Source: Bacteroidales bacterium
Lineage (GTDB): Bacteria > Bacteroidota > Bacteroidia > Bacteroidales > VadinHA17
Direction: 5' to 3'
Length of the DNA: 64,000 nt
Assembly (NCBI GenBank): GCA_035531395.1
Contig: DATKTA010000008.1
Span: 13,767 to 77,766, forward strand
The stretch's first letter is position 1. Every line of letters begins with the position of its first letter. The translations under genes and the position numbers were made by a program. Shown piece by piece: positions 17,880 through 28,218 of the stretch. Under the pieces are notes generated by a model. The model had not been told where the DNA came from and searched no databases. It saw nothing but the letters and a program-made list of their open reading frames with translations.

Positions 17880-20576
17880 ATGAAACGAAATTTTATTTTA
17901 TTAATTCTTGCAATAATAGTCTCATTACCAATAAAATCACAGGTTAGCAATGGTGTTTTTAAGTGTAATAATGACACTTATAAGTTATTAAAGGATATCT
18001 CATCTTCAGTGTCCTCGAAAGGAGAGATACTGCTCTCGATAACTACTCATCAGGACCTTGGATGGGTTGATGAAGTGGAGAAATGCGTGATAATGCGTGA
18101 TACACTCTGGCTTACACCATACCTGAAAAGACTAAAAGAGGATTCTTCATTCAAAATGGATATTGAACAGACTTCAATTATTGCGGAGTACCTGAACCGT
18201 CACCCAGATAAAAAAGATGAGATTCAGAAAGGTCTTGATGATGGTAGGATACTGATAGGGGCAACCTACACTCAGCCATATGAGGAGTTGTTCAGTGGTG
18301 AATCGCTGATCAGACAGCTGTATCTTGGGAAAAAATGGCTCACTTCAAATTTTAATGGGTATCAATCAGATACTTATTATAATTCTGATGTGCCGGGACG
18401 TACTTTGCAAATGTCACAGATACTTGAAAAATCCGGTGTGAAGAATATGTTTGTCAGCCGTCATGAGAAGGGTGTTTTTGACTGGTATAGCCCTGATAAT
18501 TCAAAAGTCACAATGTTCTCCTCCGGACATTATATTGATTTTTATAACATCCTGGGGAAAGAGAGTGAGGCAGGAATAAAGCAGATGGCTGAGGAAGTTC
18601 TCTTCTGGGGAAACTATTATGATTCAAAATCAAAAAAAGTAATCATACCTGCCCTGTTGAATTACGAGTTCATATGGGACCAGAAGCCGGTTAAGAACTG
18701 CGATCCGTTCATAGCATTGTGGAACAGCATCAAAGTAATTGAAAATGAAAAAGGAGAAAAGTCTAAGGTCACACTACCTCCTCTTAAATACGGAAACCTT
18801 AACACATGCCTCAATGCAATAAGGGAAAATTCTACCAGGATAAAACCGATTTCAGGTGAGCGTCCTGCCGTTTGGCTGTATATACACGGACCTTCACACC
18901 ATTATGCTGTCACTGCAAGCCGCGAAGCCGATATTCTTTTGCCTGATGCTGAAAAATTTGCAGCTATTGACGGTTTGCTTGAGGGAAGCTTCCGAAACTA
19001 TGATGAGACTGCTTTTAGTGAAGCCTGGGAGGCTAAGATTTATCCCGACCACGGCTGGGGAGGCAAGGGAGGGGAAATTACTGATCGTCTGTTTCTGAGT
19101 AAATTTGTTAAATCCAGGCAGGATGCAACACTCCTCCTGGATAACGCTCTTAACAGGATATCTTCAAAAGTCGATTTCAGGCAGGAAGGCATTCCGGTTG
19201 TAGTTTTCAACGGACTAAACTGGAAGAGGGATGATCCGGTCAGCTTTAACTACAGTTTCAGCAAGGGTGAAGCGAATGGAGTTACTATTACAGATTTTAA
19301 TAATAAGAAAATCAGCAGCCAGCTGACAGAGCAGAAATACTATGAAGACGGCTCCCTGGAATCTGTTACAGTTTCATTTATAGCTGATGAGGTACCCTCT
19401 GTCGGATATAAAGCATTTTATGTCAATCCTGTCAGGTCAGTTTCAAATAGTGTACATGAAGATTTCTTACCTGAGTTTGAAAACCGGTATTTTTCAATCC
19501 GTTTTGGCAAAGGTGGAATAGAAAGACTTTATGATAAGACGCTTGGCATAGAGGTCGTTGATCCTTCAAAATTTACTCTCGGGGAGGTGTTCACAATGCA
19601 GTCTGTTGGCAACGGAGCAGGTGAGTTTTCAGATGTCCAACAGCCGACAATGGAAGGATATGATAAAACAGGATTTTATGATACCGGATGGGAAAAGTTA
19701 AATGACGGACCGGTCTTTACTTCATTCAGATACCGTCAGCCTGTAAAACACGCAGTAGTGGAAGAGACAATAATCATTTATAACCAGATCAAAAGAATTG
19801 ATTTTGAAATAGATATTAAGAACTGGGAAGGTGTGCTTTACAGGGAATTCAGGGCTGCGTTCCCTTTAAATATGACTTCTCCCAAAATAACATATGAAGT
19901 TCCTATGGGAGTGGTGGAGGTTGGAAAGGATGAATTAAAAGGGGCTGCAGGACATAATTATAAAACCGAGTGCAAGCTGATTCATCCGCGTACACTGATA
20001 GACTGGGTAAATGTTTCCGATGCTAACCTGGGCGCAACTATAAGTTCAAGTGTTATCGCTTTTGATTACCTCGATCCTACTCCTGATCCGGCAGCATCGA
20101 CACTTATTCAACCGATTCTTTTTGCTTCAAGAAAAAGCTGCCACTGGGAAGGGAATGACTACTTACAGCTTGGCGATCACCATTTTTCATTTTCACTTTA
20201 CATACTTGAGCCTGGCTGGAAAAACGGACTCCATTATGGGAAACAGGGACAGAATAAGCTTTACACTGTCTTAGATCCGGTTAAAGGGCAGAAGAGTACC
20301 CTTCCTGAGCAAAAAAGTTTTCTTACAACCACCGGCGATCAGATATTGCTTACCGCTATCAAGAAAAGCGAAGATGGCAATGGCATGATAGTCAGGATGA
20401 CTGATATGAGCGGTGCGGAACAAAATGTTAATATGGATATTTTCATGCCTTTTCAGAAACTCTACAAAACAAACCTGATAGAAGAGGAAGAAAAGGATAC
20501 AGGTCTCAATGGAAATTCTTTTAACCTAAAGCTTGGAAAGAATTCTATTGAGACACTTAAATTCGTTTATCCTTAG
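17880..20576 (+). CDS. GH38-like glycoside hydrolase, tandem paralog of 15081..17759
   Basis: The ATG at 17880 gives the signal peptide MKRNFILLILAIIVSLPIKSQ; the track start at 17814 is GTG. Motifs present are TTHQDLGWVD, NSDVPGRT, ERPAVWLYIHGPSH and the shared block FTMQSVGNGAGEFSDVQQPTMEG. Confidence 0.6.
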   Translation: MKRNFILLILAIIVSLPIKSQVSNGVFKCNNDTYKLLKDISSSVSSKGEILLSITTHQDLGWVDEVEKCVIMRDTLWLTPYLKRLKEDSSFKMDIEQTSIIAEYLNRHPDKKDEIQKGLDDGRILIGATYTQPYEELFSGESLIRQLYLGKKWLTSNFNGYQSDTYYNSDVPGRTLQMSQILEKSGVKNMFVSRHEKGVFDWYSPDNSKVTMFSSGHYIDFYNILGKESEAGIKQMAEEVLFWGNYYDSKSKKVIIPALLNYEFIWDQKPVKNCDPFIALWNSIKVIENEKGEKSKVTLPPLKYGNLNTCLNAIRENSTRIKPISGERPAVWLYIHGPSHHYAVTASREADILLPDAEKFAAIDGLLEGSFRNYDETAFSEAWEAKIYPDHGWGGKGGEITDRLFLSKFVKSRQDATLLLDNALNRISSKVDFRQEGIPVVVFNGLNWKRDDPVSFNYSFSKGEANGVTITDFNNKKISSQLTEQKYYEDGSLESVTVSFIADEVPSVGYKAFYVNPVRSVSNSVHEDFLPEFENRYFSIRFGKGGIERLYDKTLGIEVVDPSKFTLGEVFTMQSVGNGAGEFSDVQQPTMEGYDKTGFYDTGWEKLNDGPVFTSFRYRQPVKHAVVEETIIIYNQIKRIDFEIDIKNWEGVLYREFRAAFPLNMTSPKITYEVPMGVVEVGKDELKGAAGHNYKTECKLIHPRTLIDWVNVSDANLGATISSSVIAFDYLDPTPDPAASTLIQPILFASRKSCHWEGNDYLQLGDHHFSFSLYILEPGWKNGLHYGKQGQNKLYTVLDPVKGQKSTLPEQKSFLTTTGDQILLTAIKKSEDGNGMIVRMTDMSGAEQNVNMDIFMPFQKLYKTNLIEEEEKDTGLNGNSFNLKLGKNSIETLKFVYP

Positions 20577-20623
20577 TGAAACTTGGTGTCTTTGTGTCTT
20601 AGTGGCAAAAAAAATATAAGATT

Positions 20624-21889
20624 ATGAGCTCACTTATTTATGAATTAAAACAATACAGAAGTTACTTCCACAAAGAACTTCACAAGAATATCCTGCCTTA
20701 CTGGATAAAGTACGGTGTTGAAAAAGATGGAAATGGTTTCTATGGCGCTGTTGATCTCAATGGTAATCCGGTACTCACTGCAAATAAAACAAGTGTCCTG
20801 AATGCCAGGATACTGTGGACATTTTCTGCTGCCGCCATGCTTGATGGAAACAGCGAATATGCAGCAATGGCAGACAAGGCATATGAAGTTGTATTTGAGG
20901 ACTTTGAGGACAAAAAGTATGGTGGCTACTATATGGAACTGACATCCTCGGGCAGTGTTGCAAATGATATCAAACATACCTATGCCCAGGCATTTGTTCT
21001 TTACTCCCTTTGTAAGTATTATGAATTCAGGAAGCAGGATTCAGTCAAGCAAAAGATAAAAGATTTCTTTCACCTTCTTGAGGATAAGGCAAAGGATACT
21101 GAACATCCCGGATACAGGGAATCATTCACCCGTGACTGGAAAATTTATGGTGAGAACAGGATGGCCGATAATAATGAGCCCAAATCGATGAATACCCATC
21201 TACATGTCCTTGAAGCATGGGCAGCTCTTTACAAAGTATGGAAGGATGCAACAGTCAAAAAGAGACTTACTGAGCTGATGTACCTCTTTCTTGATAAAGT
21301 AATCAGGAAGGAAGGGCATTTCGGGATCTTCTTCGATGAGGCATTTAATGAAGCAGATACTTCAAAAGGGATTTGTTCTTTCGGACATGATATTGAAGGC
21401 TCCTGGCTCCTTTGGGAGGCTGCAGAGATTCTTGGCAACGATGATATTAATAAAAGAATGAGGCAAATAGCCATTAAGATGGTAGATAATATAGAAAGAG
21501 TTGCTGTAGACAAAGACGGTGGACTGTTCCTTGAATCGACCCGGTTTGGCAGTCATGTAAAAACAAATAAGCACTGGTGGCAACAGGCCGAAACCCTGGT
21601 AGGATTCATGAATGCTTTTGAACTTACTAAAGATGAAAAATACTGGAATACAGTGAAGCTCTCATGGAATTTTATCAATACGTACCTTATAGATCATGAC
21701 AGAGGGGAGTGGTACACCAAGCTTAATCGCCTGGGTGTACCTTTCCTAGTTGAACCTCCTGATGATCCATCACCTTATTACAGAAATGACTGGAAGATCG
21801 ATCCGTGGAAATGTCCGTACCATAATGGCAGATCGATGATGGAGATGATGAAAAGGATTGATATAATGTTGAAAAGTTTAAAGGGTTGA
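20624..21889 (+). CDS. AGE-family epimerase/isomerase (N-acylglucosamine 2-epimerase / cellobiose-mannobiose 2-epimerase superfamily)
   Basis: The ~420-aa protein carries motifs suggesting an (alpha/alpha)6 barrel, such as NTHLHVLEAW and HWWQQAE. It has no signal peptide. Confidence 0.7.
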   Translation: MSSLIYELKQYRSYFHKELHKNILPYWIKYGVEKDGNGFYGAVDLNGNPVLTANKTSVLNARILWTFSAAAMLDGNSEYAAMADKAYEVVFEDFEDKKYGGYYMELTSSGSVANDIKHTYAQAFVLYSLCKYYEFRKQDSVKQKIKDFFHLLEDKAKDTEHPGYRESFTRDWKIYGENRMADNNEPKSMNTHLHVLEAWAALYKVWKDATVKKRLTELMYLFLDKVIRKEGHFGIFFDEAFNEADTSKGICSFGHDIEGSWLLWEAAEILGNDDINKRMRQIAIKMVDNIERVAVDKDGGLFLESTRFGSHVKTNKHWWQQAETLVGFMNAFELTKDEKYWNTVKLSWNFINTYLIDHDRGEWYTKLNRLGVPFLVEPPDDPSPYYRNDWKIDPWKCPYHNGRSMMEMMKRIDIMLKSLKG

Positions 21890-22003
21890 AGAAGAGAGTT
21901 CCCCTCCTGGGAGGGGATAGGGGTGGGTTTATTGAGGAGTAGAATGCCTGGTGCTTTTAATCCGATTTGGAAAGATAGGATCATATAGGACTTCATAAAT
22001 GAA

Positions 22004-23083
22004 ATGCAGAAAATAATGACTTCAAGAGAACGTGTCTTAACAGCGATCAGAGGAGGTACACCTGACAGGGTACCTGTATGGGAGTATCTGTTCAGTCTGA
22101 AATTACAGAAAGAGGTAATGGGATATAATACAGTACTGTATGATGGCAAGACTCAGGTTGAAATGGCTGCCAGGATGGGTATTGATGTTGTATGGGCTCC
22201 TGTTAATGGTTTCTGTGGTATTGAGGATGAACCCCATTCTTTGAATGAAATATATAAAGATGAATGGGGAGTTACATATAAAAAGAACGGGTGGCCGATA
22301 ATTGCACAGATTGACACACCGGTCAAAAGCCGTGTGGACTGGATAAATTATCAGATGCCGGCAGTTGATACTCCTGGTAGGCTTACAATACTTAAGGATG
22401 TTGTCGCTTCTAATGATAAACAGCTTGCAATTGCAGCAGGATTTTTGGGCCCATTCACAATGATGACCTGGTATCTGATGGATTTTGAGACACTTTCTAT
22501 GGCTCTCTTTATGGATCCGGATCTGGTTCATGAGATGAATGAAGTTTTTGTTAACTGGGCACTGGGGGCAGCAAAACTAGCCTTTGAAACCGGAGGAGTG
22601 GATCTTTTTCATATTTCCGACGACTGGGGAGGAACGGATGGATTACTGATATCACCCGATCAGTTCAGGGAATTTTTTATCGGACCTTTTGAAAGACTTG
22701 TAAAAGGTTTGAAATCATATGGTGTCCCTGTGATAATGCATAATGATGGTAACCTGTGGGAAATACTCGACGACCTTGTAAATACAGGAATAGATGCTTA
22801 CCATCCTGTGGAGAAAGCTGCTTCGATGGACCTTGCAAAAATCAAAGAGTTATACAGCGGACGGATTTGCCCGATAGGCAATGTAAATAACAAAACTACC
22901 ATGGTTACAGGTACTCCTGAGGATGTTGTCAGGGAGACTCTTGATTGCCTCAGGATTGGAGCGCCAGGTGGAGGATATATAATTGCAACTGATCACAGCC
23001 TCCACGATGATATATCTCTTGAAAATGCAATGGCTCTTATCAGAACTGTGCATGAATATGGGAAATATCCACATAATCATTAA
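22004..23083 (+). CDS. Uroporphyrinogen decarboxylase (URO-D)/MtaA-like family protein, paralog 1
   Basis: The N-terminus SRERVLTAIRGGTPDRVPVWE is typical of the URO-D/MT2 fold family. The HemE RQAGR motif is absent. It has H-N-D-G where MT2 enzymes have H-x-C-G. Confidence 0.7.
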   Translation: MQKIMTSRERVLTAIRGGTPDRVPVWEYLFSLKLQKEVMGYNTVLYDGKTQVEMAARMGIDVVWAPVNGFCGIEDEPHSLNEIYKDEWGVTYKKNGWPIIAQIDTPVKSRVDWINYQMPAVDTPGRLTILKDVVASNDKQLAIAAGFLGPFTMMTWYLMDFETLSMALFMDPDLVHEMNEVFVNWALGAAKLAFETGGVDLFHISDDWGGTDGLLISPDQFREFFIGPFERLVKGLKSYGVPVIMHNDGNLWEILDDLVNTGIDAYHPVEKAASMDLAKIKELYSGRICPIGNVNNKTTMVTGTPEDVVRETLDCLRIGAPGGGYIIATDHSLHDDISLENAMALIRTVHEYGKYPHNH

Positions 23084-23099
23084 TTCTACCTAAGAAGAA

Positions 23100-24842
23100 A
23101 TGAAATACATAACCTTTTTATTCTGTTTTATTATTAGCTTTTCAATAAAGGGTCAGAACACAAATGACTGGCGCTACATAAAGAATGCTACAGGTCATAT
23201 ACCGGATGAAAAATACTGCGATCAGCCATATGTAGTAATAGCAGATAACAATACCTGGGTATGCGTGCTCACTACCGGTCCCGGATCAGAAAGTCAGAAG
23301 GGGCAACATATTGTATCCAGTATCAGCTCAGATAAAGGAGTCACCTGGTCTCCCCTGACCGATATTGAGCCTTCAGATGCCCCTCCTTCATCCTGGGCAA
23401 TTCCTTATGTTACTTATTATGGCCGTATTTATGTATTCTATACCTATAACGGCGATAATATTAATATGCTCAACAGCGAGCCGCTCAGGCATAATACTGA
23501 ACTGGGCTGGTATTGCTTCAAATATTCTGACGATAATGGGGTAAGCTGGTCGGATCGTTATCGCCTGCCAATGAAAAAAATACCTCTTGATTATATAAAT
23601 CCCTGGAATGGGGAAGTGCAACTCTTCTGGGGAGTATCTAAACCAATAACTGTGGAAAATAGTATGTATTTTGGATTTACAAGGCTGGCCATTCATCCCC
23701 AGGATATGGGACAGGGCTGGTTTTACAAGTCAGACAATATAAATTATGAAAGAGATCCTGATAAATTACATTGGGAACAGTTGCCAGATGGTGAGGATGG
23801 TCTTTTTGATACATCATTTGGAATTACTCAGGAAGAACATAATATAGTCTCACTAAGTAATAATGATCTTTATTGCATTTTCAGAACAAATGAAGGATAT
23901 CCGGGCGAAAGCTACAGCAATGATGGTGGACATGCATGGAGTCTGCCGGTTTATGCCCGTGACAAGGATGCCCGGGTAATAAAAACTCCACGAGCATGCC
24001 CCCGCCTCTTTAAATGCAAGAATGGCAACTATCTCTTGTGGTATCATAATAATAACATGAAAGGGTACGATGGTTTCAGAAATCCAGCCTGGGTATTGGG
24101 AGGTGTTGAGAAAAATGGGAAAATTGAATGGTCTCAGCCTGAAGTATTATTGTATGGAGACGAGGGTAAAGACAGAATTAGCTATCCTGACCTGATTGAA
24201 GAGGATGGTCATTTCTGGGTCACTGAGACTCAGAAGGAGATTGCCAGTGTCCATAAGATTGATCCGGCTCTGATTAATGGACTCTGGCAACAGGATAAAA
24301 ACAAGACTCTTGCAAAAGAAGGTTTGATATTTGAGAAGAAGAGTATAAACCGTGAACAAAGCTTCATATTACCCTCTTTACCTGGTTTATCAGATGGTTC
24401 CATTACAGTAGAACTTATGCTGAATGTAAAAGAATTAATTCCGGGCCAGCTAATTCTAGATAACACTGATCCGGCAGGAGAAGGATTTAAAATATTTGTT
24501 ACCCCAAAACGTACTATTTCAATTTCATTAAATGATAACGGGATAGAAAGCACCTGGGATACCGATCCTGGAGTAGTTTCCAGCGGAAGACAACATATCG
24601 TTTTTGTAGTTGACGGACAGGCAAATCTAATTACGACAATAGTTAATGGAAAATTATGTGATGGAGGACGATACCGCTTTACAGGATGGAGTTGGTTTGA
24701 TTCCAGGATTAACAATATCAATGGTACAGGGAAACTGAATGCCTTAACAGATTTTAACGGTAATATTGAAGAATTGAGAATTTATAACCGGTATTTAACT
24801 ACAAGCGAGGCAATCGGAAACTATAATAATCTTACAAAATAA
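23100..24842 (+). CDS. Secreted BNR/Asp-box (sialidase-fold) protein with a C-terminal LamG/concanavalin-like domain
   Basis: It has a signal peptide and the Asp-boxes SSDKGVTWS, SDDNGVSWS and SNDGGHAWS. There is no FRIP motif. The C-terminus ELRIYNRYLTTSEA is typical of LamG domains. Confidence 0.6.
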   Translation: MKYITFLFCFIISFSIKGQNTNDWRYIKNATGHIPDEKYCDQPYVVIADNNTWVCVLTTGPGSESQKGQHIVSSISSDKGVTWSPLTDIEPSDAPPSSWAIPYVTYYGRIYVFYTYNGDNINMLNSEPLRHNTELGWYCFKYSDDNGVSWSDRYRLPMKKIPLDYINPWNGEVQLFWGVSKPITVENSMYFGFTRLAIHPQDMGQGWFYKSDNINYERDPDKLHWEQLPDGEDGLFDTSFGITQEEHNIVSLSNNDLYCIFRTNEGYPGESYSNDGGHAWSLPVYARDKDARVIKTPRACPRLFKCKNGNYLLWYHNNNMKGYDGFRNPAWVLGGVEKNGKIEWSQPEVLLYGDEGKDRISYPDLIEEDGHFWVTETQKEIASVHKIDPALINGLWQQDKNKTLAKEGLIFEKKSINREQSFILPSLPGLSDGSITVELMLNVKELIPGQLILDNTDPAGEGFKIFVTPKRTISISLNDNGIESTWDTDPGVVSSGRQHIVFVVDGQANLITTIVNGKLCDGGRYRFTGWSWFDSRINNINGTGKLNALTDFNGNIEELRIYNRYLTTSEAIGNYNNLTK

Positions 24843-24905
24843 AAAAACTTTTTTCTTCCTCTTTTAAATTATTATTTCAAAGATTATTAATTCTCAAGTT
24901 GAATC

Positions 24906-24952
24906 CCATTAACCATTAACCATTAACCTTTTCCATTAACCATTAACCATTA
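24906..24952. repeat. CCATTAA heptanucleotide repeat (3 + 3 units) overlapping the stop codon of the minus-strand gene
   Basis: The sequence is ccattaa x3, cctttt, then ccattaa ccattaa ccattag. The codons AAT GGT TAA of the gene ending at 24943 lie inside the repeat. Confidence 0.9.
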
Positions 24953-26757
24953 GCTATCTCCAACATCCTCTTGACAGCAGCATTCGGATTTACAATTTCT
25001 TCAGCTGAGTTTATCGTTACTGTCGGCATTGCTCCATGATCAATATGTAGTTGCATCCTTGTCTCCTGGTTTTTATCTTTTCCACCGAGTCCAGAATATC
25101 CGAATGTACGTACCAGCCTGCCAAAAAGTACTTCGTTCAGGTTACAGCCGCCAGTCCTTTCAAGGCCTTGTACTGAATCCTGCGAGCTCCTGAAAAGATG
25201 TACCTGGGCAAAGGATTGACGCTGAGCTGTAATCTCATTAAGTCCTTCACCGCCCACAACAAGCCCTGGACCAAGGTCCGACACATGCCTGATCAGCTTG
25301 TTCATTCCTTCTGTGGGTGGCATTGACTCCACAAGACAATTATGTATGTTCCAGATGCATAATGTAACATCAATGAATACTGTTGTTAATGAAAGATCCT
25401 GCACGGGTTTGAGCATATTCTGTCCAAGTATTGAACGCCACATGCTTAGCCCGGGATGTATCTTGACCATCACTTTTTTATCACGGTTGCCAAGTCTGTT
25501 TGTATTGGATTCAGGCACTCCTATTACCCTCCTGTTATACCAGCTCCATCCCTGGAGCGATTTTGTTTCAATCGACCTGTATGGGAAATCTCTGACCTGA
25601 GCATAAACAGGATTGGATGGATCCATATCAATCGAGTTGAAATGAGGCATTATATTGAAACCCATTTGCTGGCCCTTTTTAATGAAGGTCTTGGCACTCT
25701 GGCTCGGGATGAATGTAGGATAGTTTTCGTCGTAATTGTCTGTTCTCCAGTTAGGAAAGTGTAATAGTACCTTTTTTGGAGAGATCCTTTTTGCCAGGGC
25801 ATCAAGTATGGCAGGATCACCGGGGCACCATGAAACAGCAAAATTTACATCAGTGATCCACTTCTGTCTCTGCATTTCTTCAGCTTCCAGGTTGTATGCC
25901 TTCCAGTACCACTGCCTGTACTTTTCGGCAGGCACCTTCCATTCTCCGCGGTAAGTGTTTATCCTCCAGCATAATCCCCCTGCACTTAGATTATCATCTA
26001 TAGGACCGTAGGCTTCACTGTCAAATCCAATCACATATGCATCATTCTGATTACCGGTCTGAAGTGCTTTGAATCGGTACTTGTCATCCTGTGTATGTAC
26101 CCAGAATCCACCGCTCGCTGACTGCAATATTGCCAGTCCTGCTTCCCAGGCAAAAGGCCAGGCCCATCTGCTGTTTTTAATGAGAGTATCATCAAGCTTA
26201 AGTCTGATGCCTTGAAATAATGGGGCTACAAGTTCAAGTGAAGGCTTAATGCCAGTAATGTTCCATCGGCATGCCAGTACCCCGGGGCGGGATGAGTAAG
26301 CTGAAGGTTCAATAATAAGGTCACCTGTTATATCATCAGTTGATACTGTAAGCAAACCATCACCATCCCAGCTGTTAAAACGGATTTCTGCCTTCCTGTC
26401 TGATATCTGGTATGTTACAGTGCTTCCAAATTTCTCCTCATTGATATTGATCAATTCATTATTCCTGTAAAGGATTTGCAAAGCCCTGTAATTATCTGTA
26501 TCAGGGGTTTCAATAAATTCTTCACCGGATGATTTATCTTTTAATGAAGTGAGAATTCCCTTATCAATAATGGCAGACAGTGTTGCTGTGTCAATAACTA
26601 TTTTATTGCCGTTAACCTTTACAGTACTCTTATAGCCATCAGCTTTTGAATTTGAACTGTTATTCTTGTCTGTAATTGGACTTTCACTCAGCTTTGGCGA
26701 AATAATAGTTGCAGCAGCAGTGTAGCCGGCAGTTTTTAAAAAGTTTCTGCGTTCCAT
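24943..26757 (-). CDS. TAT-signal protein of unknown function, possibly a glycosidase-like enzyme
   Basis: The ATG at 26757 gives MERRNFLKTAGYTAAATI, a twin-arginine motif; the track start at 26790 is TTG. I recognise no family for this ~600-aa protein. It is embedded among CAZyme genes. Confidence 0.5.
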   Translation of the reverse strand: MERRNFLKTAGYTAAATIISPKLSESPITDKNNSSNSKADGYKSTVKVNGNKIVIDTATLSAIIDKGILTSLKDKSSGEEFIETPDTDNYRALQILYRNNELININEEKFGSTVTYQISDRKAEIRFNSWDGDGLLTVSTDDITGDLIIEPSAYSSRPGVLACRWNITGIKPSLELVAPLFQGIRLKLDDTLIKNSRWAWPFAWEAGLAILQSASGGFWVHTQDDKYRFKALQTGNQNDAYVIGFDSEAYGPIDDNLSAGGLCWRINTYRGEWKVPAEKYRQWYWKAYNLEAEEMQRQKWITDVNFAVSWCPGDPAILDALAKRISPKKVLLHFPNWRTDNYDENYPTFIPSQSAKTFIKKGQQMGFNIMPHFNSIDMDPSNPVYAQVRDFPYRSIETKSLQGWSWYNRRVIGVPESNTNRLGNRDKKVMVKIHPGLSMWRSILGQNMLKPVQDLSLTTVFIDVTLCIWNIHNCLVESMPPTEGMNKLIRHVSDLGPGLVVGGEGLNEITAQRQSFAQVHLFRSSQDSVQGLERTGGCNLNEVLFGRLVRTFGYSGLGGKDKNQETRMQLHIDHGAMPTVTINSAEEIVNPNAAVKRMLEIANG

Positions 26758-26826
26758 AGAATATGCATTTGATTTTTTAACAATAGACAATTATGATAAT
26801 AAAGATAAATAATTACTTTTAGAACT

Positions 26827-28179
26827 ATGAATAAAATACTGATAAGATGCACAATTGCCTCAGCGCTGGGCGGTTTGCTATTCGGATATGATACAGTGAT
26901 CATCAACGGAGCCATGCTCGATCTTGTGAAACATTTTAACCTTACACCTGCCATTCAGGGATGGACAGTAAGCTCAGCTCTTGTTGGATGTATTCTGGGT
27001 ACCATATTAATTGGTAAACCCGGAGATATATTCGGGGCACAGCGTCTGCTACAGCTTCTTGCCATATTATTTTTTATATCTGCGGCAGGCTGCGGAATAG
27101 CTCCTACTATTTCAGTTTTTATTTTATTCCGTTTCATCGGCGGACTTGCGATTGGAGGCGCCTCAGTAATATGCCCTGTATACATATCAGAGATATCGCC
27201 TCCGAAACACAGGGGATTACTTGCCTCAACCTTTCAGCTGGCAATAGTAATCGGAATACTTATGTCACTCATTTCAAATTACCTTCTTCTTAATACAGGA
27301 GAGAACAACTGGCGATGGATGCTTTTCAGTGGTGCTCTGCCCGCAGTAGCATTCTTTATTATGCTCTTCTTTATCAGGAAGAGTCCGAGGTGGCTTGTTA
27401 AAAAGGGCAGGATAGAAGAGGCCAGGAAGAATATTGAGGATCTCTCTTCTCATGAAATAGATACAGAGCAGACCCTTAGGGAGATTGAAGAATCAATCAA
27501 TATAGAGAACCTGGGAAATCAGGTAAATCTTTTTAAAAGGCCATACCGCAGGATAATCTTAATTGGTATTTGGGTTGGTATTTTCAGTCAGCTCACAGGT
27601 ATAGGTGTTGTATTTTACTATTCAGCCCAGATATTCAGTATCGCAGGATTTTCAGCAGACTCCTCGATGCTGCAGAGCGTTATACTCGGACTGACCAATC
27701 TTGTTTTTACTTTGCTTGCTATGGCTGTTATTGATAAGGTTGGCAGAAAAAAGCTCCTGCTGATCGGTCAGTTGGGTATGGTTACTGTACTCGGACTGTT
27801 CGGATACGGTCTTCTTACAGGAGATATCAGGGGATATTGGCTGGTGGTACTGCTTGTAGCTTATATCGCATTCTTCGCATCATCGATGGGAGTTGTAATA
27901 TGGGTAATTCTATCTGAAATGTTTCCCAATATTATCAGGGCGAGAGGTGCTTCGTTGGGATCTTTTGCGAACTGGGGAGTAAGTGCATCACTTAATTTCT
28001 TCTTCCCTATAGTAGTCGGTTTGTTTGGGACATCGCTTGCGCAGCAGCAGAAAGGAATGAGCTTTGTATTTATCTTCCTTGCATTCGTAACCCTTATCGG
28101 ATTCTTCTACCTAAAAAGGAACATGATAGAGACAAAAGGTAAAACGCTGGAGCAGATTGAGAAAGAGGTGCTTTATTAA
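26827..28179 (+). CDS. MFS sugar porter (sugar:H+ symporter family)
   Basis: About 12 TM segments are predicted. Sugar-porter motifs are GRKK-like VDKVGRKK, RKSPRWLVKKGR (the PESPRWL equivalent) and PVYISEISP. Confidence 0.85.
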   Translation: MNKILIRCTIASALGGLLFGYDTVIINGAMLDLVKHFNLTPAIQGWTVSSALVGCILGTILIGKPGDIFGAQRLLQLLAILFFISAAGCGIAPTISVFILFRFIGGLAIGGASVICPVYISEISPPKHRGLLASTFQLAIVIGILMSLISNYLLLNTGENNWRWMLFSGALPAVAFFIMLFFIRKSPRWLVKKGRIEEARKNIEDLSSHEIDTEQTLREIEESINIENLGNQVNLFKRPYRRIILIGIWVGIFSQLTGIGVVFYYSAQIFSIAGFSADSSMLQSVILGLTNLVFTLLAMAVIDKVGRKKLLLIGQLGMVTVLGLFGYGLLTGDIRGYWLVVLLVAYIAFFASSMGVVIWVILSEMFPNIIRARGASLGSFANWGVSASLNFFFPIVVGLFGTSLAQQQKGMSFVFIFLAFVTLIGFFYLKRNMIETKGKTLEQIEKEVLY

Positions 28180-28190
28180 TGCTAAATTAA
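28177..28190. repeat. Left copy of the 14-bp direct repeat TAATGCTAAATTAA bracketing the four-helix-bundle gene
   Basis: It is identical to 28587..28600 and includes the MFS stop codon. Confidence 0.9.
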
Positions 28191-28218
28191 ATAATGCTAA
28201 ATGGTTAATTGAATTCTA

